The translations under genes and the position numbers were made by a program. The notes under the pieces are model-generated. The model did not search any database, was not told where the DNA came from, and was given only the letters and a program-made list of their open reading frames with translations. A stretch of DNA of 64,000 bases. It comes from Candidatus Pacearchaeota archaeon (GTDB taxonomy: Archaea > Nanobdellota > Nanobdellia > UBA10117 > JAFCGI01). Below, one piece after another: positions 58,603-64,000 of this stretch (positions are counted from its first letter, which is position 1; the number at the start of each line of letters is the position of its first letter). Location: NCBI GenBank assembly GCA_017608235.1, contig JAFCGI010000003.1:44146-108145 (forward strand), given 5' to 3'.

Positions 58603-59118
58603 ATGGGAGCAATAATAGGTGAATCCCTAAAAAAAATAAATGCAGTAAGAGAAAAATTAGAACCAAAATTAAAAATTGCTAACAATATCGTAATAAAAGA
58701 TGTTTATATAAAAGACTTATTTGTGGGCGCGCAAGCTGAAAAAGTACTAGCCTTCGATTATCTTTTTACTTCAAATTATGGAGAAACCACAGGCCATATT
58801 AACATAGAAGGATCTGTATTTTATAGAGATACTCAAGATAAGTTAAATAAAATAGTTGAATCCTGGAAAACCAATCAAAATCTAAGTCAAGAAATAGCTC
58901 TTCCTGTATTGAATAAAGCATTAGAAGCAAGTCAAGTTCAGGCAATAAATATAGCAACCCAACTTAAACTACCAATGCCTGTAAGAATGCCTGTTTTCAA
59001 AGCAGGAGGCTCCACTCAAGAAGTAAAAGGTGCAGAAGATACACAAGAAGTAGAAGCTCCAGCTCCAGAAACCCATAAAGAAGGCGGAGAAGCACCAGCT
59101 GAACAACCTTCAGAGTAA
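58603..59118 (+). CDS. Hypothetical protein
   Basis: 171 aa. RBS AAAGGAGATGA. Acidic Pro/Ala/Glu-rich tail. Confidence 0.4.
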   Translation: MGAIIGESLKKINAVREKLEPKLKIANNIVIKDVYIKDLFVGAQAEKVLAFDYLFTSNYGETTGHINIEGSVFYRDTQDKLNKIVESWKTNQNLSQEIALPVLNKALEASQVQAINIATQLKLPMPVRMPVFKAGGSTQEVKGAEDTQEVEAPAPETHKEGGEAPAEQPSE

Positions 59119-59121
59119 AGG

Positions 59122-59814
59122 ATGAGTGATCCTGTACTTAAAGATATAAAAGAAGCTTTTAGGGACCTTGAGCAAGATTTTGAGAGCAAAGAAAACTCAA
59201 AAAAAGGCCCAGGGAAGCTCATTTTATCACTTTTTATTATCTTTATTTTCTTTTTTAGTTTTATTCCTTATTACTCTCTAAAGCTTGACCCGCATCCTGA
59301 TTTGCAAGTTATAGAGGATTTTAAGCTTACATCTCAAGAAAAAGAGCTGTTTAGAGATAATATAGCTCATTTTTCGTCTGTAAAGCAGGCTGCTAACAAA
59401 GTAGACCCCTCACTTTATCGACCATTTACAACAAGATTAGTGACTACAGCATGTCCATTTAAGTCAAAAACATGCTACGCAAAGGCTATTTACCTATATG
59501 TAAGAGATAATATCTATTATGTCTCAGATCCAGACTTCGAATACGTGCAAAATCCTGCTGAAACTCTCACTTCTGGAGGAGATGATTGCGACGGCAAAGC
59601 CCTTTTATTGGCTACAATGCTTGAATCTATAGGGATTGATGCTGATATAGGTCTCACTTTTTCCCATGCTTTTGTTCGAGCTCAAATTCCAGAAGCACTC
59701 ACAAAATATAAACATCAGGGATCTGACTATGTCTGGCTGGATTCAACCTCTCACTTTTCCTTTGGGTCTCACAACATAAAAGACTCTGAAATCAGAGGTT
59801 TTATCGAAATTTAA
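59122..59814 (+). CDS. Transglutaminase-like cysteine protease-fold protein with an N-terminal TM segment
   Basis: GGDDCDGKALLLATMLESIGIDAD (Cys core), SHAFVRAQI (His) and WLDST (Asp) match the transglutaminase-like triad spacing. Confidence 0.55.
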   Translation: MSDPVLKDIKEAFRDLEQDFESKENSKKGPGKLILSLFIIFIFFFSFIPYYSLKLDPHPDLQVIEDFKLTSQEKELFRDNIAHFSSVKQAANKVDPSLYRPFTTRLVTTACPFKSKTCYAKAIYLYVRDNIYYVSDPDFEYVQNPAETLTSGGDDCDGKALLLATMLESIGIDADIGLTFSHAFVRAQIPEALTKYKHQGSDYVWLDSTSHFSFGSHNIKDSEIRGFIEI

Positions 59815-59862
59815 TTTTTCAATTTTATCTCAACTTTTCCTCTCAAATTTCCTTATTTTTAG

Positions 59863-60023
59863 CGTTATAACGTTATAACGCAGGCTTTACGCGTAAAGAA
59901 GTAACGTTATAACGCGTTATAACGCATAATATTAAATAAGGGATAAGTAAGCCATATTTACGATAACTAACCGTTATAACGCACGACATAACGTTATAAC
60001 GTATAAGATTTACCGTTATAACG
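59863..60023. repeat. Array of seven perfect copies of the 10-bp palindrome CGTTATAACG plus the palindrome TTTACGCGTAAA, immediately upstream of the wHTH gene
   Basis: Copies at 59863, 59871 (overlapping), 59905, 59915, 59972, 59992 and 60014. A degenerate copy CGATAACTAACCG is also present. Confidence 0.85.
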
Positions 60024-60059
60024 CAAGATTTTTATATCTTAAAACTCTAATTATTAGTA

Positions 60060-60623
60060 ATGTTTAAAAAAATAAGTTTTGCTTTAGGTATGAAGAATAA
60101 ATGGGATAAACTTATAGATGAGATAAATAAAGGATTCAGACTAACAAAGCAAGACATGATTTCTAATTTTTTTGAAGTTAGACAAAATCGAGAATATATA
60201 CTTAAACAACATAAACATATTAATTTACTCACAAATGAGATAATGAAGTTTAGACATGAAATAGAAGATCTAAAGAAAATCGCATTACATCGCCCTCAAT
60301 CTTATCAAGAAGATTATGAAATAAGCTCACCAACGCCTGTACTTAAAGAATCTATGGCAGAACTTAAGAAAACAATACCGCAAGCTAAATATCAAACAAT
60401 AACAAACTCAGAAAGAGCTGTTCTTTCAGTTTTATTTGATGCTGAAATGCCTCTAAGCTATGAAGTTATAGCACATAGATTAAATATCAGTCCAAACAGT
60501 GCCAAAGTACATATCAATTCCCTAAAGCGAAAAGGCTATCCTTTAGAAACGTTCCAAGGACCTAAAAAATCAAAACTTTATGCAATAAGAAATACAGAAA
60601 AAATTAGACAATTTTATGGTTAA
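60060..60623 (+). CDS. Winged-helix DNA-binding protein (hypothetical regulator or site-binding protein)
   Basis: C-terminal wHTH ERAVLSVLFDAEMPLSYEVIAHRLNISPNSAKVHINSLKRKGYPLE. N-terminal coiled-coil. Confidence 0.5.
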   Translation: MFKKISFALGMKNKWDKLIDEINKGFRLTKQDMISNFFEVRQNREYILKQHKHINLLTNEIMKFRHEIEDLKKIALHRPQSYQEDYEISSPTPVLKESMAELKKTIPQAKYQTITNSERAVLSVLFDAEMPLSYEVIAHRLNISPNSAKVHINSLKRKGYPLETFQGPKKSKLYAIRNTEKIRQFYG

Positions 60624-60696
60624 TATTTATAATTAAAAACTAAAACATATAATTATTAAATAACTAAAAGAAATAATCATAAATCAAAAGATATGA

Positions 60697-61272
60697 TCAG
60701 ATCATTTCTTGAATTTTTTTCTTATATTCCTCCTCAATATCTATTTGACTTGGAGTACCATAAACATCAATAGTAGTCTTAATGCTGCTATGCCCTACTA
60801 TTTGTTGAACATATTGCAAAGGCATGCCTGCCTTAAGAGCATTTCTTACAAAACTATGTCTAAACAAATGTGGGTTTATCTTATTTCTTCCCGGATTTGG
60901 ATGATTTACTCCTGCCCTTTTAGCACATTTGCATACTATCTCATTAATTTGTTTCAAACTTAATGGTCCAGGATAACTTTTAGCACTCGTGAATACATAT
61001 CCCTGTTTCCTATTCCCAAGAAGTTGCTTAATATCCATAATAGTTAAATTATCTATTGGCACAGTTCTAGGCTTAGCCCCTTTTCCTTCTTTAATATAAA
61101 TATGATTTTTTTCAAAATCCACATTTTCAATTTTCAAATTTCTGAGTTCAGCTCTTCTAATCCCAGTTCTAGAAAAAACCTCAATAATCACCCGATCACG
61201 GAATGTTGGAGCATTTTCTATTATGCTTTTGATCTCATCAGAACTTAAACAATAAGTACTCTCTTTGGCCAT
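60697..61272 (-). CDS. Tyrosine recombinase/integrase, catalytic domain only (about 191 aa)
   Basis: R…K…HLFRHSFVRNAL…VGHSSIKTTIDVYG (R-K-HxxR-H-Y). ATG at 61272 preceded by TGGAGA RBS; the track ORF extends to 61302. Confidence 0.8.
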   Translation of the reverse strand: MAKESTYCLSSDEIKSIIENAPTFRDRVIIEVFSRTGIRRAELRNLKIENVDFEKNHIYIKEGKGAKPRTVPIDNLTIMDIKQLLGNRKQGYVFTSAKSYPGPLSLKQINEIVCKCAKRAGVNHPNPGRNKINPHLFRHSFVRNALKAGMPLQYVQQIVGHSSIKTTIDVYGTPSQIDIEEEYKKKIQEMI

Positions 61273-61290
61273 ATTTATTCTCCAATGTAA

Positions 61291-61385
61291 TTTACGTAAC
61301 ACTTCTATAAAAAGATTACGTTAACGTAACTTTTTACCTTTTTTACGTAACAGAATAGCCAAAATGTAACCTTTTCGTTACTTTT
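61291..61385. repeat. Cluster of TTACGTAAC / GTTAACGTAAC palindromic motifs in the recombinase promoter region
   Basis: TTTACGTAAC (61291), GATTACGTTAACGTAAC (61315) and TTTTACGTAAC (61342). Inverted half-sites GTAACC…CGTTAC at 61365..61381. Confidence 0.75.
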
Positions 61386-61984
61386 ATCCTTTTAGTTAGC
61401 AGATCTAGCAAAATATCTATAAATCAAAAGGAATTAAAGAAATAATTAAAAGATTTAATCAAAAACTAAAATATGTAAGATAGATATACAATCAAAACTT
61501 TTAATCAAAGATTAAAATATTTTATCTTAAAAATTTTGAATCTAACTCTTTAAACATAGTTTGTTTTTGGTCTTCAGTATTATTATGATGTATAATATAT
61601 GAAAAATCATAATCCCAAACTATTTTTCCCTTTTTATAATTTTAGGATTTTCATAATCAAAAGGACTATAATATTTTCCATAAAACTCATCTCTAATCAT
61701 ATCTGAAGATAGTCTTAGAAAGTCATAATTAGAAATAATTTATTTCAAGAATTATTAGGAAAGAAATATTGATTAGAACATTAAAACACATATAGATATT
61801 TCTTTTATTGTAATAAAGAAATTTTAAAAAAAGAAAAATAAATATTATTTACCAATCTATACTTATAAAGTTTTCAAATATAAAAATTTTACAAATTTAT
61901 AATATAAAAATTCAAAAACATAAAAATAAGGAAATTAAGATTTCAAAATATATTTATACCATAGTCTTCTAATAGTAAAAAGTA

Positions 61985-62233
61985 ATGGCTAAAAAGAAGA
62001 CCTCAAATAAAAAAACCTGTGTTGTTTGTGGGGATTGTGATTATAATTTAATGAAGCAGCTAACCAAACTTAACCAACTACTTTGGAATATTGATGGATA
62101 TATCTCAGATGCAAAGAAAGCAAAACATAAAGAATGCCAGAAAGTGCTTGAAAGGCTTAGAGATGACACACAGAAAAACGCTGAAAGACTTAAGCAAATT
62201 TTAATAAAGAAGTGTTGTGAAGGCAAATTATAA
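61985..62233 (+). CDS. Small Cys-rich hypothetical protein (possible zinc ribbon)
   Basis: CVVCGDC…CC motif. Length 82 aa. Followed by a 10-bp perfect inverted repeat hairpin at 62353..62388. Confidence 0.3.
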   Translation: MAKKKTSNKKTCVVCGDCDYNLMKQLTKLNQLLWNIDGYISDAKKAKHKECQKVLERLRDDTQKNAERLKQILIKKCCEGKL

Positions 62234-62530
62234 GAATCCTATATTAATAGTGCAGAACTAACGCATATTCAGAATTATCTTTGAGTTTTTCTAATTAATT
62301 TACTTTAGTTTTCTAATTAATTTATTCTAGCTATCTGTTTTTATACAAAATAAGCTGTGTTGTTTTTCATGAATCATGCAACACAGCTGTTAAAACAAAA
62401 TAGAAAGTATTATAGAGGCATAATTACCACTATTGCTGCTTAAAAATTTAAATTTACGCAAATAAATCAGATAGAGTTGAAATTATGCCAAATAATATAT
62501 CAATTACAACAAGAAAAGAATTAACAGACT

Positions 62531-63706
62531 TTATTTTCTCTTTCTTGATTTTATTTTATCTTTAATAGCACCTAACTTAGCAACTAATCCTATAGGTCCA
62601 TAATAAAATGGAACTAAAGGTAGCAATGCTAGAGTTTCCTTAGGATTTTCAATCTCTTCTTCATTATACGCTGTAAGTGCAGAAGCTATTCCTAAACCAA
62701 TACCATACCCCCATAAAAGGAATTTAGAATAAGATTCACTAAAGTAGTTTGCTAACCTATCCCAATCAAAATCAAAATTTTGAAGATAGTCTGCAATTAC
62801 ATCTCCAAAACCATAGGCTGCACCAGCCAAAGACGCTCCCAATAATCCCCATCCAAAATATTCCCATACAGATACTACACCATACCTATTCCTAGGAATA
62901 TTTTTAGCTATAAAACCAGCCTTATTGCCAAGCTTAACATTCAGATCGCCAACAAACCATTCTCTTAATTTTTTATAATGGTCTTTTATTGTATTTGGAA
63001 CTTGTGTGGTAACTAATACATTATTAAAATACCTCATTTTATATTTTTGCTTACCCTCATCTTTTCTACTTAAAGTTTGAGTAGTTATTTGATAGTCATC
63101 TCCTTGGAAGAAAACTCCAGGATATCTTTTGGCTTCTTCTATGAATACTTCTTTATCATAAATATTTCCTGCACCAGCAGCATTATTACACATGCCTTTT
63201 TTAGCAGAAAATTTTCTCATAGAATTGGCTATTAAATACTGTAACCTTTGCATTTTTACAGCAAAACTATTTTTATTGGCTTTTGGTATTAATCTAAATG
63301 CGCCTCCAGCTGCTTCAGGATCATTTTCTAAACTCCTAACAACACCATCTAAGGTTTCAGGGTTTTCTATGCTAGAATCATCATCTAAACAAACCACATA
63401 ATCAACCTCATATCCAAGAAGATCATTTGCTTGTTCAGCAGCAGCTCTTAAAGCACCAATCTTAAGTCCATTTTTCTCTTGGTATAAAAAATGTATTTTA
63501 CTATCATTCTCTTTTTCATATTTTCTAAGATAGTTTGGAGTATCATCTTCTGAGCCATCATCCACTAAGATCATAGGGTGTCCTTTCTCGGCTAGATCTT
63601 CAAGGGTTGGAAGAGTTCTATAAATATCTCCGCTAAGTCTCCCATTATACATAGGAGTTATAATAACATAATTATGTCTATCCAGTTCAACTTCTCTCAT
63701 TTTCAA
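62531..63706 (-). CDS. Family-2 glycosyltransferase with C-terminal TM helices
   Basis: N-terminal GT-A fold IITPMYNGRLSG…ILVDDGSEDDT (DxD). Hydrophobic C-terminus. Length 391 aa. Confidence 0.7.
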   Translation of the reverse strand: MKMREVELDRHNYVIITPMYNGRLSGDIYRTLPTLEDLAEKGHPMILVDDGSEDDTPNYLRKYEKENDSKIHFLYQEKNGLKIGALRAAAEQANDLLGYEVDYVVCLDDDSSIENPETLDGVVRSLENDPEAAGGAFRLIPKANKNSFAVKMQRLQYLIANSMRKFSAKKGMCNNAAGAGNIYDKEVFIEEAKRYPGVFFQGDDYQITTQTLSRKDEGKQKYKMRYFNNVLVTTQVPNTIKDHYKKLREWFVGDLNVKLGNKAGFIAKNIPRNRYGVVSVWEYFGWGLLGASLAGAAYGFGDVIADYLQNFDFDWDRLANYFSESYSKFLLWGYGIGLGIASALTAYNEEEIENPKETLALLPLVPFYYGPIGLVAKLGAIKDKIKSRKRK

Positions 63707-64000
63707 TCTCTAATAATTTTAAGAAAGCACGCTCTAAGGCATGGCTTTTATTTCTAAATCTGCCCTCTCTGATTGGATCTTCTATCTTCTTTAAAGTGTC
63801 CAAGCTTACGCTTATACTTAGCATAGGTTTCATTACCTAATAGTATTAAATACTACTTTAAAAGCTTTATGCTAAAGTCCATTGATTTTCATAGGAAATG
63901 ACTAAACTTTTTAATCAAAAGCGAAATCTTTTTATATAAGAACAATAATTTTAATAATTGATTATAGAAAATGATTAAAATACTTTTAACTGCTCAAGAA

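Noticed and set aside
1-64000. CRISPR arrays and rRNA genes
   Set aside because: No regularly spaced 25-40 bp direct repeats with unique spacers and no rRNA-like GC-rich blocks were seen. The only repeat arrays are the short tandem or palindromic ones listed.

Overview
This is a very AT-rich archaeal chromosome segment. It carries RFC large and small subunits, MCM, TBP, aIF2-beta, EndA, RNase Z and CDP-archaeol synthase, uses a mix of leaderless and GGAGGT-led genes, and has a DPANN-like gene content. All analysis is by eye with no searches. Printed ORF-track coordinates are used for ORF ends; my own RNA coordinates may be off by 1-2 nt.

Layout:
- 162..9578 and 17333..19432: five signal-peptide, membrane-anchored surface proteins, including one 1258-aa giant with an acidic EPEEPEEP tract.
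- 9624..36593: a housekeeping block. Genes are rnz, carS, endA, glyS, acyP, pyrG, an Lrp/AsnC regulator, an AlkD-like repair protein, a HAD hydrolase, rfcL-HD-rfcS, valS, a fused pyrB-pyrI, ksgA, ileS and tbp.
- 55571..57598: mcm, followed by an OB-fold protein.

RNA genes: tRNA-Trp(CCA) with no intron, an SRP (7S) RNA on the minus strand under a spurious ORF, and three minus-strand tRNAs (Phe-GAA, Arg-GCG, Gln-CUG). Each of the three carries a related 47-60 nt intron at the non-canonical T-loop position 59/60.

Most unusual feature: a tightly packed, co-directional 8-gene minus-strand operon at 39957..50744. It encodes a 670-aa protein with a Pol-beta nucleotidyltransferase signature, two large TPR proteins, four lineage-specific hypotheticals (one a 205-aa charged helical protein) and a Vps4/CdvC-like MIT-AAA ATPase. 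A tRNA pair and an HNH gene sit at one end and an HD-domain gene at the other. I propose it as a candidate undescribed system, either ESCRT-like membrane remodelling or a nucleotide-signalling/defence module.

Other notable structures: a 7-copy array of the 10-bp palindrome CGTTATAACG in front of a wHTH gene and a catalytic-domain-only tyrosine recombinase; a triplicated KKSFWxKFNDFLEE motif in the giant surface protein; 31-bp tandem repeats that contain both stop codons of the convergent valS/pyrBI pair; and a 4x60-bp tandem repeat that may encode a Cys/Gly-rich repeat peptide.
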